Assembly (NCBI GenBank): GCA_017887095.1
Contig: JAGHIT010000048.1
Location: forward strand, 9,253-73,252
Reading direction: 5' to 3'
DNA from: Clostridia bacterium
GTDB lineage: Bacteria; Bacillota; Clostridia; Christensenellales; Borkfalkiaceae
Length of the DNA: 64,000 bases
Shown: in pieces, positions 47,536-56,436 of the stretch
Numbering within the stretch: position 1 is the stretch's first letter
How the letters are laid out: the number at the start of each line of letters is the position of its first letter
Made by a program: the position numbers and the translations under genes
The notes under the pieces: generated by a model
The model's database searches: none
What the model was told of the DNA's origin: nothing
Seen by the model: the letters and a program-made list of their open reading frames with translations, nothing else

Positions 47536-48333
47536 ATGCCGGAAATCATAGCACGCAGACAATTTTATCCACTCTATATATGGCTAGACCTTGCCTTTCT
47601 CCTCGTCTTGACCTGCCTTCTGCTTTGGCGAAAAAAATATATGACGGTTCTCGTCGGATTATGTTTCGGCATCGTCTATTTTGCTGTAGACTTTGGAATT
47701 TTCCATCTTGTTTTTCATGCACGCAGCATTGAGGGCGGCGATCTATTTTGGGTGCTCCTCTGGATGTCGATGAGTTATGGTTTTACAAATTTTGCATGGA
47801 TCTGGCTTTGGCTTTCCAAAGACAAACATCTTCTGGAATGGTCGCTGTTTATTTTGCTTTGGTGGTTGTGCTGCCCAATGCTCACCTCCACCTTCGGCAG
47901 CGGAGCGCCCATCGTCATCCAGCGCACAACGAGCTCCTATCACGGTTGGATGGCGGCGATCCTGATCATAGGTTACGGCGCGGCGATTATATGGAATCTC
48001 AGCCAAAAGGACAGATTGCGGCGCGTTCCCTTGCTTTGGATTCTTGCCATCGGTATTTTGGTACAGTTCGGATGGGAAGCGGGCCTGCTGCTTGGCGGAA
48101 TCCGCAGCGCAGGTTTCGAAAACTTTGCCGACAAAATATTGACGCTTGTCACCAATTCTTTGCTGGAAACCAACCTGGGAATGCCTTACATCTACCTTAT
48201 TTTTATTGTTTTTTCTGCAAAATTCACAGAACGACTGAAAAAACGCACCATCCCCGTTGCATTGGTTGCCCGAATATCGGAAAACAATTCGGAATGTGTT
48301 CGCGGAGACCATTGCGGGGAATATCTCACCTAA
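47536..48333 (+). CDS. Hypothetical Trp-rich polytopic membrane protein
   Basis: 265 aa with about 7 hydrophobic segments, served by a consensus promoter upstream. Two other long ORFs overlap it, but only this frame shows a TM periodicity pattern. Confidence 0.65.
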   Translation: MPEIIARRQFYPLYIWLDLAFLLVLTCLLLWRKKYMTVLVGLCFGIVYFAVDFGIFHLVFHARSIEGGDLFWVLLWMSMSYGFTNFAWIWLWLSKDKHLLEWSLFILLWWLCCPMLTSTFGSGAPIVIQRTTSSYHGWMAAILIIGYGAAIIWNLSQKDRLRRVPLLWILAIGILVQFGWEAGLLLGGIRSAGFENFADKILTLVTNSLLETNLGMPYIYLIFIVFSAKFTERLKKRTIPVALVARISENNSECVRGDHCGEYLT

Positions 48334-48395
48334 GCCAAACATTCCGCGTCCGTCACACAGGGACACGGAATCAAAAAAACCAAGCAACAAAATAA

Positions 48396-48432
48396 GCAAA
48401 AGCGGCAGGAAACAATTTTCTGCCGCTTTTGC
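48396..48432. terminator. Bidirectional terminator between the membrane protein gene and galK
   Basis: GCAAAAGCGGCAG...CTGCCGCTTTTGC forms a 13-bp stem. Confidence 0.85.
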
Positions 48433-48444
48433 TTGTCGATCCGG

Positions 48445-49575
48445 TCAAAGTTCTACCACTACGATGCCGTCTTCCACTGAGCAATGATAGAATGAAGGAG
48501 CATAGCCAATCTTCTCGAAATAGACGCGGGAGACCTCGCGCTTGAAATCCTCCAAACCGTCTTTATGTACAATAGAGACGGTACATCCTCCAAACCCCGC
48601 CCCGGTCATACGCGATCCGACACAAGCAGGATGAGCCTGCGCTGCCTCCGCAAGCGCATCCAATTCCGCACCCGTAACCTCATAGAGATCACGAAGCGAA
48701 GCATGCGAAGCATTAAGCAATTCGCCGAGTGCCTTCACGTCACCGCCTTTCATCGCATCCGCAGCGAGGCGCACTCTGTCACATTCATACACGACATGCC
48801 TGGCGCGTTGCTCGTCAGCGCCCCGCCAAGACAATCCTCTCGATACACGTTCAAAGGCGTCGGGAGTCAGATCGGCAAGGCAGGAAATATCTGCCCTCGT
48901 CCTCAAAAGCGCTAGCGCACGCTCTGTTTCGGCACGGCGTTCGTTATACTTGCTTTCCACAAGGTTGTGCGGCTTGTTACAGTTCGCCACTACAAGCGTG
49001 TAGTCTCCCAAAAGAATAGGCACATACTCACAAGCAAGTGTCTTACAATCCAAAAGAATTGCATGATCTTTTTTGCCGCAGGCAGAGGCATACTGATCCA
49101 TAATGCCGCAATTGACGCCCGCATATTCATGCTCCGCGCGTTGTGCAACAAGCGCAATCTCAACAGGATCAAGCCGTTCCCCCGCAAGCACCGCCAACGC
49201 TGCGATTGTGGAAACCTCGATCGCAGCAGAAGACGAAAGACCGCTCCCGAACGGGATACTGCAATCATATAATAAATCGCACCCTGAAACCGTATGTCCC
49301 GCACGCTGCCACATCAGAGCGCTTCCTGCGGGATAATTCGCATATTTGACATCCCTATACCGGTCGAGCCGCCCTATCTCCAGCGTAATTCGAATCGGTA
49401 TATCCGTCCATGACAAGTTGATCCGATCCGTTCCGTTGGGACGGACATAAACCGTGTTCCTCAGAGAGAGTGCCGCGGGCATCACTTTGCCTCCGCAATA
49501 ATCAATGTGTTCTCCTATGAGATTAACACGCCCGGCTGCCGAAACTTTGTACAAATAATTTTTTTCATTTATCAT
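48445..49575 (-). CDS. galK: Galactokinase
   Basis: GRVNLIGEHIDYCGG and PFGSGLSSSAA are the GHMP motifs. The start is the ATG at 49575. Confidence 0.94.
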   Translation of the reverse strand: MINEKNYLYKVSAAGRVNLIGEHIDYCGGKVMPAALSLRNTVYVRPNGTDRINLSWTDIPIRITLEIGRLDRYRDVKYANYPAGSALMWQRAGHTVSGCDLLYDCSIPFGSGLSSSAAIEVSTIAALAVLAGERLDPVEIALVAQRAEHEYAGVNCGIMDQYASACGKKDHAILLDCKTLACEYVPILLGDYTLVVANCNKPHNLVESKYNERRAETERALALLRTRADISCLADLTPDAFERVSRGLSWRGADEQRARHVVYECDRVRLAADAMKGGDVKALGELLNASHASLRDLYEVTGAELDALAEAAQAHPACVGSRMTGAGFGGCTVSIVHKDGLEDFKREVSRVYFEKIGYAPSFYHCSVEDGIVVVEL

Positions 49576-51037
49576 AAACAAACCCTACTTTTTCCGTCAT
49601 AAACTGCGCCGTCTCTGCCTGTGTTTTGAAAACAGCGGTATTTTCAAGAATGCGCTCGCAGACACTTTCCAGTTCTAGTCTGATCGATTCACGCGCCGTC
49701 TCTTCAGAAAATGAAGTACGCATCGACTTTAACTCTCTTAAAATCAACTCATATCCGGAATATTGCTCCGGAAGCGGAGCGCCCGACACCAATACCTCTC
49801 CGAGCACAGAAAATTCTTCTACAAGCCGCCCCGGAAGGATGAACAGACCCTGTGCTTCAATCAGACCGATGGACTCTTTTTTGATTACATGAAATTCCGG
49901 ATGCGCATGAAACACCCCGTCCGGATATACCTCTGAAGTAATGTTGTTGCGCAGAATCAAATTCATCTCATAACCGCTCCGTGTTTTTATGACGGTTGGA
50001 CTGAGCGCACTGTGGATCCCGTCCCGATCATAAGGTATAATGCCTCGGGCAGCGTCCTCATAGACACACCATTCCTTGCGTACAAGCTCCGAAAGGTCTG
50101 CGATGCGCTGCGCATCCTCTCCCGCAATACGGACAACCGTGCCCCGCCAATCAACCACACCCGCTTCCAGCTCCGGAAACGACGGATGACGCAACTTGAC
50201 CGAAATAGGCGCCCGATGCAACGGAAGCGTCTCTCCTCCGCCCTGAAAATGATCGTGCGCGAGCACGCTTCCTCCAATCCTCGGCAACGGTGCGTTACAT
50301 CCGATAAAGTAATCGGGGAACAGATCTACAAACTGCATGAGCCTGACAAACGTTTCCCTGTCAACATGCATGGGAACATGCTTCTCATTGACCGCTATTC
50401 CATGTTCATGAAAATACCCGTATGGGGAAAACTGCCAAAACCACGGCTCCCCGCCGAGTTGAAGCGAAACCGTCCTCAGCGTACGCTTCGCCCGTCCGAA
50501 GTATCCTTCATTCTCGCGGCAGATGGTACACTTCGGATAACCACCCTGCACGCTGTTTCCACTCACCGCCTTTTTCGGATCACGAAACTCGGGTTTTGCC
50601 CGATTGATGGTAATGATCAACCCGTTTTTAGCCGTAAATCGGGGATTTGCATCCAATTTTGATTTTTTGACGTAATCAGAATTCACGCAATAGTCATAAA
50701 GCCATTTCATCGCCGACGACGAAGAAACCGCCAAATGATCCGCAAAGATTTTTTCCACTGCATCCGGCGGGAGCATAAGCGCCCCCATGACACTGTCCGC
50801 AAATCCCTCTTCCGAATCCGCCGCATGCAATCCCGCACGTCGGCATGCATTCACGAGTTCGCGAAGCAAATCGCTTACACTTCTGCCATCATATCCCTGT
50901 CCCGTTCCTTCGTAACTCTTTACTCCGACCAACTCGAGCAGCGTATTACGCACATATACAACGTTACGATCGGAAAGACTCAACTTTTCGCGGGCGTAAG
51001 ATATCAGACGGTCGAGCGCATCACACACTTCTTTCAT
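49565..51037 (-). CDS. galT: Galactose-1-phosphate uridylyltransferase (type 2, Firmicute form)
   Basis: About 490 aa with SVLAHDHFQGG. It lies upstream of galK and overlaps it. The start is the ATG at 51037 after GAGGTGG. Confidence 0.9.
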   Translation of the reverse strand: MKEVCDALDRLISYAREKLSLSDRNVVYVRNTLLELVGVKSYEGTGQGYDGRSVSDLLRELVNACRRAGLHAADSEEGFADSVMGALMLPPDAVEKIFADHLAVSSSSAMKWLYDYCVNSDYVKKSKLDANPRFTAKNGLIITINRAKPEFRDPKKAVSGNSVQGGYPKCTICRENEGYFGRAKRTLRTVSLQLGGEPWFWQFSPYGYFHEHGIAVNEKHVPMHVDRETFVRLMQFVDLFPDYFIGCNAPLPRIGGSVLAHDHFQGGGETLPLHRAPISVKLRHPSFPELEAGVVDWRGTVVRIAGEDAQRIADLSELVRKEWCVYEDAARGIIPYDRDGIHSALSPTVIKTRSGYEMNLILRNNITSEVYPDGVFHAHPEFHVIKKESIGLIEAQGLFILPGRLVEEFSVLGEVLVSGAPLPEQYSGYELILRELKSMRTSFSEETARESIRLELESVCERILENTAVFKTQAETAQFMTEKVGFVYDK

Positions 51038-51278
51038 GCTTCCACCTCTCACGATTCTCCTACATATGACGACAAGGCGATAAAATCTATCGCCTCGCCG
51101 CCAAACTATAGGGGGGAATAAAGTTTAAATATTTTGCAACAGGGAACATAAAAATTTCAGGAGATTTGGGGTGTCCGACGTTCTCAGGTCCCTGTTTGCA
51201 TTTTTTATTATACTCCACACCGTCCTTTTCGGCAAGCAATGTATTGTCAGATTATAGACATTTATTGATATTGGACAC

Positions 51279-51307
51279 TTGACAAATAAACCTTTTTACA
51301 TTATCAT
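51279..51307 (+). promoter_or_regulatory. Promoter TTGACA-17-TATCAT for the AraC-family regulator
   Basis: The hexamers lie at 51279..51284 and 51302..51307. Confidence 0.55.
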
Positions 51308-51328
51308 AAAATAAAGGAAGCGACGAAA

Positions 51329-52258
51329 ATGATAGCTAAAAGAGAAATATGGAAATATCCTGAAGAAGCAAACGTCTGGGCCGGGAAATATCGCAATTCG
51401 CACAATCTTCTGCATTGGCATTATGACTGCGAGTTTATTTATGTCGAACAAGGGTCCATTGACGTATTCTGCGAAAGAAAGAAGCATCATCTGAACGAGG
51501 GAGACGCACTGTTTACAGATAGCGGTCAGATCCATTACCAACGCGCATGTGAACCGGATACCGTACTCATCGTGATCGTATTCGACTATAACATCATCCG
51601 AGACTTTCTCGGAAAATATCAGCTTGCGAACCCGAAGCTTTATAACAGATACCCGATTCCCGAATACTATAAACGACTGCGCAACGTACTTCGCACGCAC
51701 CGTCCATTTTACGGCGAAGAAGCCCGCTGCATCGTATGCGAAATGATGATAGATGTATTTCGGGGTGAACAGCTGGTACATCGAGTGGAAAGCGACCGCA
51801 CAGAAGCGGCATTCAAACGTCTGTTGGAGGATGTCGGAGAGCGATATGCAGAATATACATTTGAAGACGCTGTACATTTTATGGGTATGAGCGACGCATA
51901 TTTCTCGAGATACTTTAAATCAATGACCGGCTCCACATTTTCACAGTATCTGAATTATATCCGAACAGACAATGCCATCCGCCTCCTGCGGGACGGAAGC
52001 CGCATGACAATGACGGAAATCGCAGAAAAATGCGGCTTTGCCACCATACGAAACTTTAACCGCATTTTCAAAGAACATACGGGAAGCGCTCCCTCCCGCC
52101 TCCCGAATGACTATATTTTGAGCGAAAAATACTCCTATCCGAGCGAAAAAGCGTTTAATCCCACATTATATGACTGCGAGCTTATAGAAAGCTGCGAATC
52201 CTCCGCCGCTCCGGGATGCCAAACTCCGACAGCCGCAAAGAATCCTTTTTCAATTTAA
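51329..52258 (+). CDS. AraC-family transcriptional regulator (cupin plus HTH)
   Basis: The C-terminal dual HTH is FSRYFKSMTGSTFSQYLNYIR...IAEKCGFATIRNFNRIFKEHTG. The gene is divergent from galTK. Confidence 0.9.
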   Translation: MIAKREIWKYPEEANVWAGKYRNSHNLLHWHYDCEFIYVEQGSIDVFCERKKHHLNEGDALFTDSGQIHYQRACEPDTVLIVIVFDYNIIRDFLGKYQLANPKLYNRYPIPEYYKRLRNVLRTHRPFYGEEARCIVCEMMIDVFRGEQLVHRVESDRTEAAFKRLLEDVGERYAEYTFEDAVHFMGMSDAYFSRYFKSMTGSTFSQYLNYIRTDNAIRLLRDGSRMTMTEIAEKCGFATIRNFNRIFKEHTGSAPSRLPNDYILSEKYSYPSEKAFNPTLYDCELIESCESSAAPGCQTPTAAKNPFSI

Positions 52259-52272
52259 CAGTAATAAAACAT

Positions 52273-52305
52273 AAACAAGGGCACGCTTTCATTCGGCCCT
52301 TGTTT
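52273..52305. terminator. Hairpin terminator between the AraC regulator gene and the convergent miaA-PLP operon
   Basis: AAACAAGGGC-13 nt-GCCCTTGTTT forms a 10-bp stem. Confidence 0.65.
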
Positions 52306-52421
52306 GCTATATTGCAGAAATACCGATAAAATACTCCGTACTCCAATATAACATATCCGATTACCTGTAAAATACTTTGAAAACCCGCTCCAATCTTGTA
52401 TCGATCTGAAAAATCCGCATT

Positions 52422-53645
52422 TTACGGCACAAGTTTCTTTAAAATCTCGCGGACGGCAATACGACAATGCTCGTATGTAAGACCACCCTGAAAATACGCC
52501 ACATACGGCTCCCGGATCGGCGCATCGGCAGACAATTCGATACTTGCTCCGGCATTGAACGTACCGGCAGCCATGATAACCTTACAATCGTACCCCGGCA
52601 TATCCCAGGCTTCCAGCCTGACATAGGAATCGACCGGCGAGACTTCCTGTACGGACTGGATAAAGTCGGTAAGCTGCTTTTGCGTATCAAAACGCACTGC
52701 ACGCGTCAGATCAGGCGGAAGGCGGTCAACGGACGGATAGTTCTCGTAGCCCAATTCGGACATACATTGTCCGATGAGCAATGCCCCTTTGAGCGCCTGC
52801 GCAACAACATGCGGCGCAAGGAAAAATCCCTGATAAAACAACTGATATCCGTAGGCATAGGAGCCGATCTCCCCGCCCACGGAGGGCGCAGTCAGGCGAT
52901 TTTCGCACTGCAAAATGTACTTTTCTTTCCCTGCGATATAGCCGCCCGTGGGGGCCAAACCTCCGCCGGGATTTTTGATGAGTGAGCCAACAATGAGATC
53001 TGCACCCACATCGGTCGGTTCCCGGCGCTCTGCAAATTCACCATAACAATTATCGACAAATATACACCCCCGGAATCCGCATCCCCTGACCCTGGAGCAG
53101 ACAACACCGATCTCTTCGATTGTAAAAGAATCACGAAGCTCATAGCCTCGCGAACGCTGAATATAGACCATGGCATATGCAGACGAAGCCAGCGCCCTTT
53201 CTGTTGCCGCAAGATCGATTTTACCGTTATCGTTGAGCGGAATTGCCTCAAAAGATATGCCGAAATCAGACAGCGACCCGTTTCCCTTGCCCCAAATGAC
53301 GCCCTGCAGTGTATCATAAGGCATTCCACTGATACAGAGCACCTTATCCCCGGGACGAAGCACTCCGAACAAAGCGACGGTCAGCGAGTGGGTCCCGCTC
53401 AAAAGCACCGGCGAGACAATGGCGCGCTCCGCACCGAACGCGCGGGCATAAACCCTGCCCAAAGCGTCGCGGCCCTCGTCGCCGTAGCCATAGCCCGTGC
53501 TGGACGCAAAGTGGCGGAGCGCGATGCACTCCTCCCGGAAGGCATTCAACACTTTTTCCTGATTATAACACGCAATTGCATCGATTTCGGCGAATTTCGA
53601 CGCAAGTCTCCTCTCCGCCGAAGCGATCCTCTCTTCAATGGTCAT
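52422..53645 (-). CDS. Methionine gamma-lyase family PLP-dependent protein (YnbB/aluminium-resistance family)
   Basis: 407 aa, with an N-terminus typical of this family (AERRLASKFAEIDAIACYNQEKVLNAF). It lies downstream of miaA, as in many Firmicutes. Confidence 0.8.
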   Translation of the reverse strand: MTIEERIASAERRLASKFAEIDAIACYNQEKVLNAFREECIALRHFASSTGYGYGDEGRDALGRVYARAFGAERAIVSPVLLSGTHSLTVALFGVLRPGDKVLCISGMPYDTLQGVIWGKGNGSLSDFGISFEAIPLNDNGKIDLAATERALASSAYAMVYIQRSRGYELRDSFTIEEIGVVCSRVRGCGFRGCIFVDNCYGEFAERREPTDVGADLIVGSLIKNPGGGLAPTGGYIAGKEKYILQCENRLTAPSVGGEIGSYAYGYQLFYQGFFLAPHVVAQALKGALLIGQCMSELGYENYPSVDRLPPDLTRAVRFDTQKQLTDFIQSVQEVSPVDSYVRLEAWDMPGYDCKVIMAAGTFNAGASIELSADAPIREPYVAYFQGGLTYEHCRIAVREILKKLVP

Positions 53646-54541
53646 AGATAACGTTCGATCTCCTTTATCATTGCTTCCGTCTTATTGGGCTCAAGCCAAT
53701 GTAAGTTGGGCAGTTTCTTGAAAAAAGTCAGCTGACGCTTGGCATAACGACGGGTATTTTGCTCTATTATGTCAGACATAGTACTGTGTAAATCTCCATT
53801 TTTCAAAATTTCAATGACCTCTTTGTACCCTATCGCCTGCATGCACTGCGCATTTTCGGATACGCCGGACGCCAGAAGCGCTTTCACTTCCTCCACCAAT
53901 CCCGCCTGCAGCATCGCCTGCGTGCGCTCGTGAATACGCGCATAGAGCGTCTGACGCTCCCAATTTACGGCAAACGCCTCGTAGGGATAGCGCGGCTCAA
54001 AAGAATCGTTCTGCGACGATTTCCTGCAGCCCGTCAGCGCATAGATCTCCAACGCGCGGATGACTCGCTTGACGTCGTTGGGGTGCAGTTTTTCCGCACT
54101 CTCGGGGTCGCATTCCCGTAAAAGTGAATGCAGATATTCCCTGCCCCGCTCGGCGGCAATGTGCTCATATTTTTCGCGGATCGCCGCATCGCCGCCCGCA
54201 TGCCCGAAGCCGCTGCAAAAAAGTATGGCGTTCATATAAAAACCCGTTCCGCCGCACAGAACGGGAACCTTCCCGCGCGCAAGGATATCCTCAACCACGG
54301 GAAGAGCCGCTCTTTCAAAGTCGTGTACAGAAAAATTCTGCGTCGGCTCGACGATATCGATGAGATGATGAGGGGCGCCCCCCATCTCCTCCTTGGTCGG
54401 CTTCGCCGTGCCGATATTCAACCCCTTATAGACAAGCAGCGCATCACAGGATACGACCTCGCCCCCAAACGCCCTGGCACAGGCGACGGCAAGCGACGTC
54501 TTTCCGGATGCTGTCGGCCCGCAAATGGCAATCAGCTTCAT
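53642..54541 (-). CDS. miaA: tRNA dimethylallyltransferase
   Basis: MKLIAICGPTASGKTSLA is present. The start at ATG 54541 was hand-verified and overlaps the mutL stop (ATGA). Confidence 0.93.
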   Translation of the reverse strand: MKLIAICGPTASGKTSLAVACARAFGGEVVSCDALLVYKGLNIGTAKPTKEEMGGAPHHLIDIVEPTQNFSVHDFERAALPVVEDILARGKVPVLCGGTGFYMNAILFCSGFGHAGGDAAIREKYEHIAAERGREYLHSLLRECDPESAEKLHPNDVKRVIRALEIYALTGCRKSSQNDSFEPRYPYEAFAVNWERQTLYARIHERTQAMLQAGLVEEVKALLASGVSENAQCMQAIGYKEVIEILKNGDLHSTMSDIIEQNTRRYAKRQLTFFKKLPNLHWLEPNKTEAMIKEIERYL

Positions 54542-56436
54542 ACGATCCTCTTGAAGAGCTTTTCGACCTCTGTCTTTTTCAGCGTGACGACAGCAGGTCT
54601 GCCGTGCGGACACTTCATCGCAAGATCGCCGTTCATACGCTCGATGAGCATGCGCACTTCCTGCTCCGTCAGTAATTCCCCGCCCTTGACCGCCGCTTTG
54701 CAAGCAGCCGTCGCAAGCTTATCTTTTAAAATGTCGGACAGTTTGATGGCGCGCAGACTCTCCATAGACGAGAGAACATCCCCGAAGAAGCCGACAAGGT
54801 CGATCTCCATCAGCTCCGACGGCACCGCCGAGACGCGCACGCTCGTATCGCCGAACGCCTCGATGTCAAACCCGATCTCGCGCAGAACGGGGAAATTGCG
54901 CTCTAAAAATGCAAACTCCTGAGCATTTCCATTATAGATAAACGGTACGAGCATGGGCTGAGAAACGACGCTCCGCGTCTCCCACTTCTCTTTGAGTTTA
55001 TCGAACAAAATGCGCTCGTGCGCGGCGTGCTGATCGACGATATAGGCGCAGTCGCCCGATTGGTAGATGAGGTAGGTGCAGAACAGCTCGCCCTTATAGA
55101 CGAGCGCATCCGTCTCCATGCGCGGCTGTCTGATGCGCGCCGCGTCCTGCGCAAGAAGAAACTTTTTGTTCTCCTCGAAGGCGTCCGTCTCCGGCTGCGC
55201 CTTGGCGGGCGCGCGGACTTCCATCACCGCCCGCTCCTGCTCCAAAAAGCGCGGCTCGCTCCCCTTGGGTATGGAGATATCGAACGCAAGCTCCTTTTTT
55301 GCCTCCGCGTACGTCATCTGCGGAGCAGGCGGCGCCTCTACATCTGCCTGCGGCGCCGACACGTTCGGCGCGTTCCATACAGGCGCAGGTGCGGCCACTT
55401 CCTTTTGCGGCGCAGGCTCCGTCTTAGGAACCTGAACGAGATATTCCAGCGCCTTGGAATTGCCGTCCAGCACCGCGGAAACGACGGAGTAAACGCAGCC
55501 GTAAATGATTTGATTGTCGGCAAAACGCACATCCGCCTTGTTGGGATGCACGTTGACGTCCACTACCTCGGGCGGGACGTCGAGAAAAAGAACATAGAAA
55601 GGGTATTGCCGCTTCATCAGATAGCTTGCATAGGCATTGGTAACAGCCGCGCCGACCGTTTGGTTGACAACGCTCCGCCCATTGACAAACAAACTCTGAT
55701 AGGTGCGGTTCGCCTTGTAAAAGTTGCGGTTGCCAAGAAAACCGTAGAGTTTGATCCCGTGCTTTTCCGCCCGGATCTCCAGACAGTTTTCAAGCGTATT
55801 CGCTCCATACACTGCGACGACCGCAGCGGCGAGCCCGTCCCCGAACGAGCGGTATTTCACCTTGCCGTCCGCAAGATAGGTGAAGGAAATTTCTGGACGG
55901 GCAAGAAGAAAGCGCGCCATGACGCCGCCGATATCAGCCTCCTCCTGTGTATCCGACTTGAGAAACTTGAGGCGCGCGGGGACGTTGTAAAACAGATCGT
56001 CCACCGTGACGACCGTCCCCTGCGCACCCGCCGCGGGCAGGACTTCGCCAAGCGCGCCGCCCTCGCAGGCAAGCGAGAAGGCGTCCGCGCCTTCTGTGCG
56101 CGAGACAATCTCCATGCGCGAAACAGCCGCGACGGACGCAAGCGCCTCGCCGCGGAATCCCAGCGTATGAATGGCAAACAGGTCGGACGCTGTCTTTAAC
56201 TTGCTCGTCGCGTGCGCGGAGTAGGCGAGCGGCAGATCGTCGCGTGCAATGCCGCCGCCGTTGTCCGTCACACGGATGCGCTTCTTGCCGCCCTTTTCGA
56301 TCTCGACGGTAATTTGCGTCGCGCCCGCATCGATGGCGTTTTCGACCAGCTCTTTGACGACGGAATAGGGACGGTCCACGACCTCCCCCGCCGCAATTTT
56401 ATTGTAGACGTCTGCCGACAGAAGATTGATTTTCAA
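54538..56436 (-). CDS. mutL: DNA mismatch repair protein MutL
   Basis: NKIAAGEVVDRP, ELVENAIDAG and TLGFRGEAL are present. The probable start is the TTG at 56436, 5 nt after GGAAGGAGAAA, overlapping the mutS stop as TTGA. The track start is the GTG at 56454. Confidence 0.93.
   Translation of the reverse strand: MKINLLSADVYNKIAAGEVVDRPYSVVKELVENAIDAGATQITVEIEKGGKKRIRVTDNGGGIARDDLPLAYSAHATSKLKTASDLFAIHTLGFRGEALASVAAVSRMEIVSRTEGADAFSLACEGGALGEVLPAAGAQGTVVTVDDLFYNVPARLKFLKSDTQEEADIGGVMARFLLARPEISFTYLADGKVKYRSFGDGLAAAVVAVYGANTLENCLEIRAEKHGIKLYGFLGNRNFYKANRTYQSLFVNGRSVVNQTVGAAVTNAYASYLMKRQYPFYVLFLDVPPEVVDVNVHPNKADVRFADNQIIYGCVYSVVSAVLDGNSKALEYLVQVPKTEPAPQKEVAAPAPVWNAPNVSAPQADVEAPPAPQMTYAEAKKELAFDISIPKGSEPRFLEQERAVMEVRAPAKAQPETDAFEENKKFLLAQDAARIRQPRMETDALVYKGELFCTYLIYQSGDCAYIVDQHAAHERILFDKLKEKWETRSVVSQPMLVPFIYNGNAQEFAFLERNFPVLREIGFDIEAFGDTSVRVSAVPSELMEIDLVGFFGDVLSSMESLRAIKLSDILKDKLATAACKAAVKGGELLTEQEVRMLIERMNGDLAMKCPHGRPAVVTLKKTEVEKLFKRIV

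Noticed and set aside
47743-48399. Two further long ORFs (218 aa minus strand, and 215 aa plus strand at 47748..48395) overlapping the Trp-rich membrane protein gene.
   Set aside because: Neither has a promoter or RBS context. Both translate to Arg/Gly/Pro-rich sequences, and only the 47536 frame shows hydrophobic helix periodicity. The choice rests on composition only.
55018-56199. A 393-aa plus-strand ORF opposite mutL, plus similar shadow ORFs at 1649..2584, 18274..19173, 6555..7253, 12385..13008, 42253..42921 and 56799..57452.
   Set aside because: All lie antisense to, or out of frame with, strongly supported housekeeping genes and show Arg-rich, low-information composition.
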